Positions 1 through 8,074 of a DNA stretch of 49,035 nt are shown here, piece after piece. The number at the start of each line of letters is the position of its first letter. The stretch's first letter is position 1. The DNA comes from Actinomycetota bacterium (GTDB lineage: Bacteria > Actinomycetota > UBA4738 > HRBIN12), in the NCBI GenBank assembly GCA_035535815.1, contig DATLPI010000121.1, positions 1 through 49,035 on the forward strand. Reading direction: 5' to 3'. Made by a program: the position numbers and the translations under genes. The notes beneath the pieces were generated by a model, which was given only the letters and a program-made list of their open reading frames with translations, was not told where the DNA came from and made no database searches.

Positions 1-195
1 AACAGATCCCTCGCTCGCGCGTTCTTCGAGTATCCCCTGGTCACGCTGAAGGTGATCGGCGGGATCCACTGGGAAGCGTTGAAGCTCTGGGCGAAGGGCA
101 CGCCCTCCAGACGCCGCGGAGCCCCTCCCGCGCACGATGTCACCGTGCTCCCGCACATACGGCCGAGCATGCCGCCGAACCGGGAGGTCGCATGA
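1..195 (+). CDS. DUF1365-family protein, C-terminal fragment (5' end outside window)
   Basis: Frame-1 reading frame is open from the window edge to TGA at 193-195. The translation ...FFEYPLVTLKVIGGIHWEALKLWAKG... matches the conserved C-terminal motif of DUF1365 proteins as I remember it. It is absent from the ORF track because it has no start codon. Confidence 0.55.
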   Translation, partial: NRSLARAFFEYPLVTLKVIGGIHWEALKLWAKGTPSRRRGAPPAHDVTVLPHIRPSMPPNREVA

Positions 196-254
196 GAGGA
201 CGGGTCGAGGCGCCCGATCCCCCGGCCACATGCGACGGCAGCGAGCGTGAAACC

Positions 255-331
255 TGGTGGAGGTGAACGGATTCGAACCGTCGACCTCTGCCGTGCGAAG
301 GCAGCGCTCTACCGGGCTGAGCTACACCCCC
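255..331 (-). tRNA. tRNA-Ala (anticodon CGC), encoded CCA
   Basis: The reverse complement reads GGGGGTGTAGCTCAGCCCGGTAGAGCGCTGCCTTCGCACGGCAGAGGTCGACGGTTCGAATCCGTTCACCTCCACCA. It has a 7-bp acceptor stem with the Ala identity pair G3:U70, a GCTC/GAGC D stem, a CTGCC/GGCAG anticodon stem with loop TTCGCAC (anticodon CGC), and a GGTTCGAATCC T-loop. Confidence 0.95.
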
Positions 332-380
332 AGGGATGCGGCCATGCTAACAAAGGCCCCCGACGGGCCGGAGGTGAGGA

Positions 381-977
381 TCAGGCGCCGGCGAGGTCGG
401 CGGCGGGGCGCACGACCACGTGCACACGGTCGCCTTCGCCCACGGTGCCGAGCCCGTTGAACGACGGCCTGGCCCAGGTGCTGCGACCCTCGGCGACGTA
501 GCGGTGCGCGGGGGCGGTGGCACGCGTGGCGGGCTGGCGCGATTGCTGACCGCGGGTGCGCGGGTCCGGCGTGGTGCGGATCATCGCGGCGCGGTGCTTC
601 ACGGTGAGCAGCAGCCAGACGTAGACCGCGAGCAGCAGCGTGAAGGTGGCGGTGACACCCCACACGACGCGGAGCGGCGGCACGAGTCCGATGAGGAACG
701 TGAAGCCGATCGCTTCGAGGAGGAAGGTGAAGACCTGGCGGCGACGCTCGCGGACGCGTGCCCGCTTGCGTTCGGCCTGGCCCATGAACCGCATGCCCTT
801 ACGAGGGGTCACGATCCAACGGCCTTCGGTTCCGTGAATCTCTGCTTGCGCCAAAAGCTCCATCCTGCGCTCGTGTTCGCCCACGCTGTGGTGGGCCTTC
901 CTCCCGCGGCGACCAGTGGGGACCAGGAACGCCACCCACATGATGCCTAACGCGGCGAGGAGCAACCAGTCCAACAC
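381..977 (-). CDS. SepX/GlpR-like divisome membrane protein (3 predicted TM helices)
   Basis: GTG start is preceded by GGGAGG. The N-terminal TM segment WLLLAALGIMWVAFLVP is followed by RRGRK, and two central TM helices follow. Its position downstream of galU-moeA mirrors the Glp/GlpR neighbourhood of other Actinobacteria. No enzymatic motifs are visible. Confidence 0.55.
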   Translation of the reverse strand: MLDWLLLAALGIMWVAFLVPTGRRGRKAHHSVGEHERRMELLAQAEIHGTEGRWIVTPRKGMRFMGQAERKRARVRERRRQVFTFLLEAIGFTFLIGLVPPLRVVWGVTATFTLLLAVYVWLLLTVKHRAAMIRTTPDPRTRGQQSRQPATRATAPAHRYVAEGRSTWARPSFNGLGTVGEGDRVHVVVRPAADLAGA

Positions 978-1059
978 GAGCCTCCCGTGGGGTCGGAGCG
1001 CCGGGACGGCACAACATCTGGGCTGGAACGGGAAGGTAGCACCACATCTAGGGGCTCAC

Positions 1060-1077
1060 AATCACATCCATGTGATT
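1060..1077. promoter_or_regulatory. Perfect inverted repeat AATCACAT-CC-ATGTGATT (candidate operator)
   Basis: Read directly from the sequence. It lies about 85-100 bp upstream of the SepX/GlpR-like start, inside a 383-bp, locally AT-richer intergenic region. Confidence 0.3.
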
Positions 1078-1164
1078 CGGAGAACTTTTTCACAAGCCGT
1101 GTTCTGGACGCCCTGCGTTCATGTTGGTGCTGTGGGCCGGTTGACCGAGGTCGAAACCGTTTCG

Positions 1165-1195
1165 GCTCGCCGGCCGGGACCTGGGGCGGGCTTTT
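1165..1195 (+). terminator. Hairpin plus T-tract (GCTCGCC-N13-GGCGGGC-TTTT), plus-strand orientation
   Basis: A 7-bp stem (one G.U pair) is followed by TTTT on the + strand only. No + strand gene lies upstream, so its function is uncertain. It could mark an orphan sRNA 3' end or a U-less terminator for the minus-strand moaC operon. Confidence 0.25.
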
Positions 1196-1360
1196 GATCG
1201 AACGGTCGGCCTGGGCGCGGCGACCTGCCGAGGTGTGCTCCCAGCGGATCGTCAACAGGTGTACGTGTTGCGAACTAGTACGGAACCCGTACGCCGTTGA
1301 CGATCCCCGGCGGGAAGCTCGGAGGTATACCGATAAGGAACACAAGCCAGGACTCGGGCG

Positions 1361-1834
1361 CTAGTCCGCCCGGTAGTCCCCGCTCTTGCCGCCCGACTTC
1401 GCCAGCAAGCGCAGCCCGTCGATCCGGGCTGCTCGGTCGAACGCCTTGGCGGTGTCGTAGAGCGACAGCGCCGCCACGGCGGCCGCGGTCAGCGCTTCCA
1501 TCTCCACGCCCGTACGGTCCATCGCTCGCACGGTCGCCGTCACGTGCAGCGAGCCCTCGTCGGCATCCGCCTCGATCGAGATGTCGGCGCCCGTCACCCG
1601 GATCGGATGGCAGTGCGGCAAGAGCCGCGGCGTCTCCTTCACCCCGATCACCCCGGCGATCTTCGCGGTGGCCACCGGGTCACCTTTCTTCGTTCCGGCC
1701 AGCAGGTGCCGCACCGCCTCCGGTTCCATCGACACGAAGCATTCGGCGACAGCTGAGCGCGCGGTCTCGGCCTTCTCGCCCACCTCGACCATGCGAGTGA
1801 CGCCGTCCGCGCCCGCCTGCGAGGGCCCGGCCAC
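1361..1834 (-). CDS. moaC: Cyclic pyranopterin monophosphate synthase MoaC
   Basis: The translation ...RMVEVGEKAETARSAVA...KKGDPVATAKIAGVIGVKETPRLLPHCHPI...VEMEALTAAAVAALSLYD is typical MoaC. I place the start at the in-frame GTG at 1834, 5 nt after the moeA stop. The 1990 start in the track would overlap moeA by 150 nt. Confidence 0.9.
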   Translation of the reverse strand: MAGPSQAGADGVTRMVEVGEKAETARSAVAECFVSMEPEAVRHLLAGTKKGDPVATAKIAGVIGVKETPRLLPHCHPIRVTGADISIEADADEGSLHVTATVRAMDRTGVEMEALTAAAVAALSLYDTAKAFDRAARIDGLRLLAKSGGKSGDYRAD

Positions 1835-1839
1835 CGCGC

Positions 1840-3105
1840 TCAGTCCTCCGCGGCGCGGAAGAGCATGACGCGCACCTGCGAGCCCTTCGGCGCCAGCTCG
1901 ACCCCCGGAGGGATCATCGCCAGCCCGTTCGCCCGCGACACCGTCGAGATCAGGTTCGAGCCTCGAGCACCGGTGGGCGTTGCCTTCCATCCGTCGGACC
2001 CTCGCGCCACCACGACCCGCGCGTACTGCATCTTCCCCTTGGGCCCGGCCACGTCCTCGGTGAGGCGGGCGGTGATCTCGGGCCTCGATACCTGCGAGCG
2101 ACCCATCATCTTCAGCAGCGCCGGTCGCACGAACAGCTCGAAGCTCACGAACACGCTCACCGGGTTGCCCGGCAGTCCGAAGTAGGGCTTGCCCTCGATG
2201 TGACCGAACCCCTGCGGCATGCCCGGCTGCATCGCCACCTTGTAGAAGCTCACATCCCCCCGCTGGAAGAAGGCGGCCTTCACGACGTCGCGCTCCCCCA
2301 CCGAGACCCCGCCCGAGGACACGAACGCGTCGGCCTGGACCAGGTAGTCGAGCACGGTGTCCTTGAGCGAGTCGACGTCGTCGCGCACGATGCCCGCCAG
2401 GACCGGCATGGCGCCCGCCTCCCGGAGCGCCCCGAACAACGTGTAGGCGTTCGAGTCGCGCACCTGGCCGAAGTCGGGATGCTCGGTCGGCGCGATCAGC
2501 TCATCGCCCGTCGACAGCACCACGACGCGCGGCCGCGGGTGCACCAGCGGCGTCCCGTGGCCCGCGTTCGCCAGCAGCCCCAACTCCGGCGGCCCGAGCC
2601 GCTTGCCCCCTTCGACGAGGACACTGCCCTCCTTCACGTCCTCGCCCGCGGGACGGACGTGACGGCCTTCGTTCGCGGCCTCGAAGAGCTGCACGGTCTC
2701 GTCGATCACCCGGCTGTTCTCGACCGGAACGATGCAATCAGCTCCGGCGGGGATCGGCGCGCCGGTGGCGATCTGCACCGCTTCGCCACCGCCGACGGTC
2801 GCATCCGGCCGATGTCCGATCATGGCGCGGCCCACGATCTTCAGCTCGGCGGGGTGTTCGGGCGAGGCATCGGCGACGTCGGCCGCTCGCACCGCGAACC
2901 CGTCCATGCCGCTGGAGGCGAACTCCGGCAACGAGATCGTGGCCACCATGTCCTCGGCGGCCACGCACCCGTAGGCGTCGGTCAGCGGCAGCGCCAACGG
3001 GGACAGCGGCGAGATCGCGGACAGGACCCGTTCACGCGCATCCTCGACCGAGATCAAGCCTTCAGCGGAGTCGTGATCGTGAACGCGGGGGAGCGAGTCG
3101 GCCAT
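1840..3105 (-). CDS. moeA: Molybdopterin molybdotransferase MoeA (gephyrin/Glp family)
   Basis: The 421-aa product has MoeA hallmarks (...SGMDGFAV..., ...STGDEL..., ...SGGVSVGERD..., ...PGNPVS...). It sits between galU and moaC on the same strand. Confidence 0.9.
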   Translation of the reverse strand: MADSLPRVHDHDSAEGLISVEDARERVLSAISPLSPLALPLTDAYGCVAAEDMVATISLPEFASSGMDGFAVRAADVADASPEHPAELKIVGRAMIGHRPDATVGGGEAVQIATGAPIPAGADCIVPVENSRVIDETVQLFEAANEGRHVRPAGEDVKEGSVLVEGGKRLGPPELGLLANAGHGTPLVHPRPRVVVLSTGDELIAPTEHPDFGQVRDSNAYTLFGALREAGAMPVLAGIVRDDVDSLKDTVLDYLVQADAFVSSGGVSVGERDVVKAAFFQRGDVSFYKVAMQPGMPQGFGHIEGKPYFGLPGNPVSVFVSFELFVRPALLKMMGRSQVSRPEITARLTEDVAGPKGKMQYARVVVARGSDGWKATPTGARGSNLISTVSRANGLAMIPPGVELAPKGSQVRVMLFRAAED

Positions 3106-3138
3106 GGGCGCAGTCTACCGCCGCCCGTCGAACGCCCC

Positions 3139-4017
3139 TCAGACGAGCTTCTTGCGCTGGACGAACTCCGCGAGCCAGGTGCTGAACTCCGGGCCGAGGT
3201 CGTCGCGTTCGATCGCGAACTCGACGGTGGCCTTGAGGTAATCCAACTTGTTGCCCACGTCGAAGCGGCCGTGATCGAAGATGTAGGCGTAGACAGCTTG
3301 GTCCTGAGCCAGCAGGTTGATCGCATCGGTGAGCTGGATCTCGTCGCCCTTGCCCGGCTTCGTCTCGCGGATCGCGGTGAAGATCTCCGGGGTGAAGACG
3401 TACCGACCGATCGCGGCCAGGTTCGACGGCGCGTCCTCGGGCGAGGGCTTCTCGACGATCGAGCGGACGCGCGCCAGGTTGTCGTCCACCGGTTCCGGTG
3501 TGATGCACCCGTACATGGAGATCTGGTCTTTGGGAACCTCCTGAGCCGCGATGACGCTGCGGCCGTACTTCTCCACGACCCGCAGCATCTCGGGGAGCAG
3601 CGGCACCGACGGGTGGATGAGGTCATCGCCCAGCAACACCGCGAAGGGCTCGCCGCCCACGTGCGGTTCGGCGACCGCGACGGCATGTCCCAGGCCGGCA
3701 GCTTCGCCCTGACGGATGTAGTGGATCTGGGCCATCTCCGAGAGCTCACGGATCTGCTTCAACTCGTCGAACTTGCCGCGTTCCTCGAGCAGCGAATCCA
3801 GCTCGGGCGAGCGGTCGAAGTGATCCTCGATCGCCTCCTTGCCTCGAGCCGTGATGATCAAGATGTCGGTGAGCCCGGAGCGGACCGCTTCTTGGACGAC
3901 GAGCTGGATCGACGGCGTGTCGATCAGCGGCAACATCTCCTTGGGCACGGCCTTCGTGGCCGGCAGGAACCGGGTGCCGAGGCCGGCGGCGGGGATGACG
4001 GCCTTCCGCACCTTCAT
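3139..4017 (-). CDS. galU: UTP-glucose-1-phosphate uridylyltransferase GalU
   Basis: The canonical N-terminus MKVRKAVIPAAGLGTRFLPATKAVPKEMLP starts at the ATG at 4017. The 76 upstream codons in the track ORF look non-coding. Confidence 0.9.
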   Translation of the reverse strand: MKVRKAVIPAAGLGTRFLPATKAVPKEMLPLIDTPSIQLVVQEAVRSGLTDILIITARGKEAIEDHFDRSPELDSLLEERGKFDELKQIRELSEMAQIHYIRQGEAAGLGHAVAVAEPHVGGEPFAVLLGDDLIHPSVPLLPEMLRVVEKYGRSVIAAQEVPKDQISMYGCITPEPVDDNLARVRSIVEKPSPEDAPSNLAAIGRYVFTPEIFTAIRETKPGKGDEIQLTDAINLLAQDQAVYAYIFDHGRFDVGNKLDYLKATVEFAIERDDLGPEFSTWLAEFVQRKKLV

Positions 4018-4403
4018 GGCGTCACCTTCATGACCGACTCCATTCCCAAGGGACGGCGAGTGTACGCGTGGGGTCACCGCTCCGCTAGTCGTCCGTTCCG
4101 GGTGGTCCATCCGGAGTAGCCCTCCTTGAAGATCGGCCAGGAAGATCGGCCAACCCGAGCCTACGAAGTGGCCGGACCCGGCGGGGGGAGCCGCCAGGCC
4201 CGGCATCGCCTCGTCCGTGGGGACGGGACGCATCGAGGGGCCCACGTGCGGGCGCCCCCCGTTCAGGGGATGACCCTAGATGGCGCCGGGTGAGCCGCGC
4301 ATCGGGCAGATGGCCACCGGTGTATCGCCATCGGTCCAGGGTCGAACGACGCAGTGGCGTGTGCGCAGAAGTGCTGGTCGGGGACCGATACACTCGTCCG
4401 GCC

Positions 4404-4784
4404 ATGCCCACTTACGAATACGTCTGCAAGAGCTGCGGACACATCTTCGAGATCGTGCAGTCCATGAAGGACGAAGCACTCACCGAATGTCCCGAATGCG
4501 GCGGTGAGCTCCGCAAGGTGTTCGCGCCCCCGGCCATCGCCTTCAAAGGCTCCGGCTTCTACGCCACCGACCACGGGAAGAAGTCCAAGCAGCCGGCATC
4601 CGGGAAGAAGGACTCCGGCGAGTCGGGCTCCGAAGGCAAGGGATCGAGCGAGAAGGGCGGCTCCGGCGGAGAGTCCAAGAGCGACAAGCCCGCCGAGAAG
4701 CCAGGCGAGAAGAAGGCGGAGTCGAAACCCGCCGCGTCCGGATCGGGGAGCGAGAACGGCGCAGGATCGGGAGGGTCGTCATGA
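4404..4784 (+). CDS. FmdB-family zinc-ribbon protein with long Gly/Ser/Lys/Glu-rich tail
   Basis: MPTYEYVCKSCGHIFE...ECPECGG is the CxxC...CxxC FmdB signature. The stop overlaps the mtnP start (ATGA at 4781-4784). Confidence 0.85.
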   Translation: MPTYEYVCKSCGHIFEIVQSMKDEALTECPECGGELRKVFAPPAIAFKGSGFYATDHGKKSKQPASGKKDSGESGSEGKGSSEKGGSGGESKSDKPAEKPGEKKAESKPAASGSGSENGAGSGGSS

Positions 4785-5575
4785 CCACGGCGGAGATCGG
4801 TGTGTTCGGTGGGTCCGGCTTCTACTCCTTCCTGGAGGACACCGAGACGATCGAGATGGACACCCCGTACGGCGCGCCCAGCGCGCCGATCACCATCGGG
4901 GACGTGGGCGGACGGAGCGTGGCGTTCATCCCACGGCACGGCCTGAAGCACGAGTTCCCGCCCCACAAGGTGCCCTACAAGGCCAACGCTTGGGCGATGA
5001 AGGAACTCGGCGTCACCCGAGTGCTCGGACCGAACGCGTGCGGCTCGTTGCAGGCGGGCGTGAAGCCCGGCGACTTCGTGATCTGCGACCAGTTGGTCGA
5101 CCGGACCCGCGATCGTCCCAACACGTTCTACGACGGTCCGGTCACCACGCACATCTCCTTCGCCGACCCGTACTGCCCAACGATGCGGACGGCGGCGATC
5201 GAGCAGGGACGCTCCCTCGGCATCCCGCTGCACGACCGCGGCACCGTCGTCGTGATCGAAGGACCGAGGTTCTCCACGCGTGCCGAATCCACCTGGTTCT
5301 CCGGCGCGGGCTGGGAGGTCATCAACATGACCCAGTACCCGGAGGCGATCCTGGCTCGCGAGCTGGAGCTCTGCTACATGAACATCTCGCTCATCACCGA
5401 CTACGACGTCGGCGTACTGGGTGTGCCTCCGGTCACGCACGAAGAGGTCGTTCGGGTGTTCACCGAGAACAACGAGAAGCTCCGCGACCTGTTGTTCGCC
5501 GTGATCCCGGCGCTGCCGGACGCGCGCGACTGCCCGTGCGCCACGGCCCTCACGGGCGCGCGCTTCGAGGCTTGA
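4781..5575 (+). CDS. mtnP: S-methyl-5'-thioadenosine phosphorylase
   Basis: ...IGVFGGSGFY...FIPRHG..H..PPHKVPYKANAWA...VIEGPRFSTRAES...INMT... are PNP/MTAP family motifs. Confidence 0.9.
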   Translation: MTTAEIGVFGGSGFYSFLEDTETIEMDTPYGAPSAPITIGDVGGRSVAFIPRHGLKHEFPPHKVPYKANAWAMKELGVTRVLGPNACGSLQAGVKPGDFVICDQLVDRTRDRPNTFYDGPVTTHISFADPYCPTMRTAAIEQGRSLGIPLHDRGTVVVIEGPRFSTRAESTWFSGAGWEVINMTQYPEAILARELELCYMNISLITDYDVGVLGVPPVTHEEVVRVFTENNEKLRDLLFAVIPALPDARDCPCATALTGARFEA

Positions 5576-5600
5576 TCCGGACTCCCGTATCCTGGCCTCC

Positions 5601-5798
5601 ATGGCGAACGAACCGGAACTGGTGCGCATCGAGCTGGCGTTCCGCTCGGACCAAGGGGAGGACGCCGGGGCGCTCGGCGACCGCATCCGGGAAGCCACCG
5701 CGTTGATCGTCGGACGCGACAAGCTCGAGGAGTTCCGGGTCAGGACCCTCCCGCTGGTCGAGCCCAAGCGCAAGGGCGGACTCCGCCCGGTCGACTGA
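5601..5798 (+). CDS. Small hypothetical protein (65 aa)
   Basis: The ORF has strongly G/C-biased third codon positions, read by eye. I recognise no motif and there is no clear SD. Confidence 0.45.
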   Translation: MANEPELVRIELAFRSDQGEDAGALGDRIREATALIVGRDKLEEFRVRTLPLVEPKRKGGLRPVD

Positions 5799-5864
5799 GG
5801 GGTCCGCGCGCCTGGTGTGACCGCGGTCACGGCGGCATCCTCGGTGCGCCGATAGCGTCGACGC

Positions 5865-6587
5865 ATGGACCTGCTTCGGCGTCGCCCACCCACGTCCGCA
5901 CTCGTGTACTTCGGTTTGGCGGCCGTGTGCGCGGTCGCCGCCATCACCCTGATGAACGCCTACCGTCAGCACGTCGAGGCGACGCGTCCCGACGTCGGTC
6001 CGGCCGTGTCTGTGGTGGTCGCCGCGTCCGACCTGGTGCGCGGCACCGTGCTCGCTGAACCGGCGCTCACCGTGCAGCCGATCCCCTCGTCGCTGGTGCC
6101 GCCCGGTGCCCTCACGCTGATCGACGACGCAGTGGGGCGGACGCTCGTGGCCGACATCGCCGACGGCGAAGTGGTGACCCGAACCCGCGTTGGCAGCGAC
6201 GAGGCCGGACCGGTCGCCGCGCTGGTGCCGCCAGGGCTCCGGGCGTTCGTCCTGCGCTCGGGGGTGCCCGCCGGCACGTTGCGATCGGGCGACCTGGTCG
6301 ATGTGCTCGCCACCTATGGCGCCGGCGGCGGGCGGCCGTACACCGACACGGTGGCCACCGAGGTGCAGGTGCTCAAGGTGCTCGGCGCCTCCGACGGCAT
6401 CAGTGCCTCGGGAGCCGATGCGGGGGTGCAGATCGTGGTGCTCGCCGACGCCACAACGGTGGAGACGCTGGCGAGGGCATCGGCCCTCGGCGTGGTCACG
6501 GTCTCGATCGCCGGGCCCGAAGGAGTCGGGTCCCCCGGCGCGGCGATGGGGGAAGCATCGCCCGCGCCGGGGTACCTCGACGGCTAG
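5865..6587 (+). CDS. CpaB/RcpC-like protein (SAF domain), orphan
   Basis: An N-terminal TM is followed by a SAF-like segment (VVVAASDLVRGTVL...) and an RcpC-like segment (GLRAFVLRS...GDLVDVLATY). No other tad/cpa genes occur in the window. Confidence 0.6.
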   Translation: MDLLRRRPPTSALVYFGLAAVCAVAAITLMNAYRQHVEATRPDVGPAVSVVVAASDLVRGTVLAEPALTVQPIPSSLVPPGALTLIDDAVGRTLVADIADGEVVTRTRVGSDEAGPVAALVPPGLRAFVLRSGVPAGTLRSGDLVDVLATYGAGGGRPYTDTVATEVQVLKVLGASDGISASGADAGVQIVVLADATTVETLARASALGVVTVSIAGPEGVGSPGAAMGEASPAPGYLDG

Positions 6588-8074
6588 GCCGGGTGGGCGT
6601 TCGCCAGCAACTGGCGGAAGAACCCTCCTTCGGTGTCGATCCCGTGCCACGGCGGCACCTGCACGGTGCGATGGCCGGGCCTGCCGCCCAGGATCACCTT
6701 GCGCAACCGAACGTTGTTGGCCATGTTCGACTCGAACAGGTGACCGCCGGGGTTGGCCTGCACCTTGATGAAGTAGGTGCCGTTGGGTAGGTCCGTGACG
6801 TCGAAGGACTGGCCGGGGAGTCCCTGGTAGTACGTGTCGCCCCAGCCTACGGGCAGCACCTCTCGCACCCACAGTGCTTCGGGACCGCCGCACGCGGTGC
6901 TCAGTCCCTGGAGCCAGGGCCGCCACTCGGCGTTCTCGGCCAGCATGTCGATGGCGTCGGTGGGAGCGAGGCAGAAGGCCTCCTTCTCGCTGATCACGGC
7001 CGTGGTCTTGTCGGCTTCAAGCAGCTCGTAGGTGGCGAACTGCTTGAAGTGCCAGTGGGTGTGCCCGCGCCGAGCGTCGTACTCGAACGAGCCCACGCGG
7101 GCGCGCGCCACCTGCTGATCGCCGTCGTAGAAGTACTGATAGGCGTCCATCAGGGGTTCGTCTTCGCGGCGGAAGCCCTCGACCACCAGCGGCGACGGAC
7201 CGTCCACCCACACGTTCGCTCCGAAGCTCAGCCAATCCCCCGACCCTCGATGGTGAACCCCGATGCCGAACGAGGGCAGCGGGATCAGGTCGGGCACGAT
7301 CGAAGGATCGGGGTCGTCGTCGATCGGTACCTTCGGGTTCGGCGAGCCCATGTCGCCGACGGTTCGCGGCTCCGACCGTGGTGGGGATCCGCCACCACGG
7401 CCATCGCGAACGATGAGCGTCACGGTCGTGTACCCGTCCTGCGGCGTCACGTCGAACAGGTCCGCGTAGAGGGGCGCCACCGAGAAGTCGACGTGGTAGC
7501 GCCCCGCCGGCAGCTTCAATCGCGTGCCGTATCCGGCGATACCCGTGGCCCAATCGCGGTCGATCCCCCACGCCAGCCCGAGCGAGAACGGGTTCGACCA
7601 GCAGTCGTCGGGGAAGGTCGGCGTCACCGGTCCGCCGTCCGCGATGCGCTGACGGTCGTAGCTATTCGGACACCACGGCAGCAGCCGGTCGGCCCGCACG
7701 TCACCTGACAGATCGGTGACCGTCATCCGGGTGAATCGTGGGAGACCTTGGTAGGACGGGACCTCGAACAACGAGTCGGGTAGCGGTCGGGTCCCGCCGC
7801 CCGGCATCACCTGATCCACGTGGAACGGGGAGTCGTAGTCTTCGCGCCCGATCTCGAGGGAGAACGCCGCATCCATCGACGCTAGGTACACGCCGGGGTT
7901 GAAGGAGAAGGGCCGGCCTTCCCGGCGGGTGACGGTCATCTCGGCGCTCGTCCGTCGGAGCACCAGCCGGGGCCCGGCGGCCCCGGCGTTGGCACCGGGC
8001 CCACTAAGGGCCATCACGGATATCGCGAGCGCCGCGGCCAACAAGCCGCTCAGGGCGCGGCGCATCGAGGTCAT
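6584..8074 (-). CDS. Secreted lysyl-oxidase-like (LOX catalytic domain) protein
   Basis: It has a signal peptide (MTSMRRALSGLLAAALAISVMALSGPGANA) and a good SD (GGGAGGAAAACC). The C-terminal region aligns by eye to the animal LOX catalytic core: GHTHWHFKQF (HxHxH copper site), SEKEAFCLAPTD (compare HKASFCLEDT) and WGDTYY...DVTDLPNGTYFIKVQANP...NNV (compare CYDTY...DITDVKPGNYILKVSVNP...NNV). Confidence 0.8.
   Translation of the reverse strand: MTSMRRALSGLLAAALAISVMALSGPGANAGAAGPRLVLRRTSAEMTVTRREGRPFSFNPGVYLASMDAAFSLEIGREDYDSPFHVDQVMPGGGTRPLPDSLFEVPSYQGLPRFTRMTVTDLSGDVRADRLLPWCPNSYDRQRIADGGPVTPTFPDDCWSNPFSLGLAWGIDRDWATGIAGYGTRLKLPAGRYHVDFSVAPLYADLFDVTPQDGYTTVTLIVRDGRGGGSPPRSEPRTVGDMGSPNPKVPIDDDPDPSIVPDLIPLPSFGIGVHHRGSGDWLSFGANVWVDGPSPLVVEGFRREDEPLMDAYQYFYDGDQQVARARVGSFEYDARRGHTHWHFKQFATYELLEADKTTAVISEKEAFCLAPTDAIDMLAENAEWRPWLQGLSTACGGPEALWVREVLPVGWGDTYYQGLPGQSFDVTDLPNGTYFIKVQANPGGHLFESNMANNVRLRKVILGGRPGHRTVQVPPWHGIDTEGGFFRQLLANAHPA

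Noticed and set aside
195-381. tRNA-Ala as an integration site for a mobile element
   Set aside because: There is no integrase or excisionase, no duplicated tRNA 3' segment and no compositional break on either side of the tRNA.
1055-1100. Possible CRP/FNR-type site (TCACA/TGTGA elements)
   Set aside because: The arrangement is TCACA-N4-TGTGA (outward-facing half-sites with 4-nt spacing), not the TGTGA-N6-TCACA consensus. I kept it only as a generic palindrome.
1270-1282. Shared GAACTAG(C)TACG string between 1270-1282 and 20851-20863 as a common regulatory motif
   Set aside because: The match is only 7-10 nt. I cannot compute significance here, and the flanking sequences do not align. It is probably chance.
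978-1360. Moco riboswitch near the moaC/moeA genes
   Set aside because: The region lies downstream of moaC on the coding strand, not in a 5' leader. I could not recognise the conserved Moco-motif helices by eye. A covariance-model scan is needed before any claim.
2200-4119. 639-aa ORF on the + strand spanning the moeA and galU region
   Set aside because: It is antisense to two genes with unmistakable MoeA and GalU motifs. Its product is Arg/His/Gly/Asp-rich low-complexity sequence with no motif. It is a typical shadow ORF of high-GC DNA.
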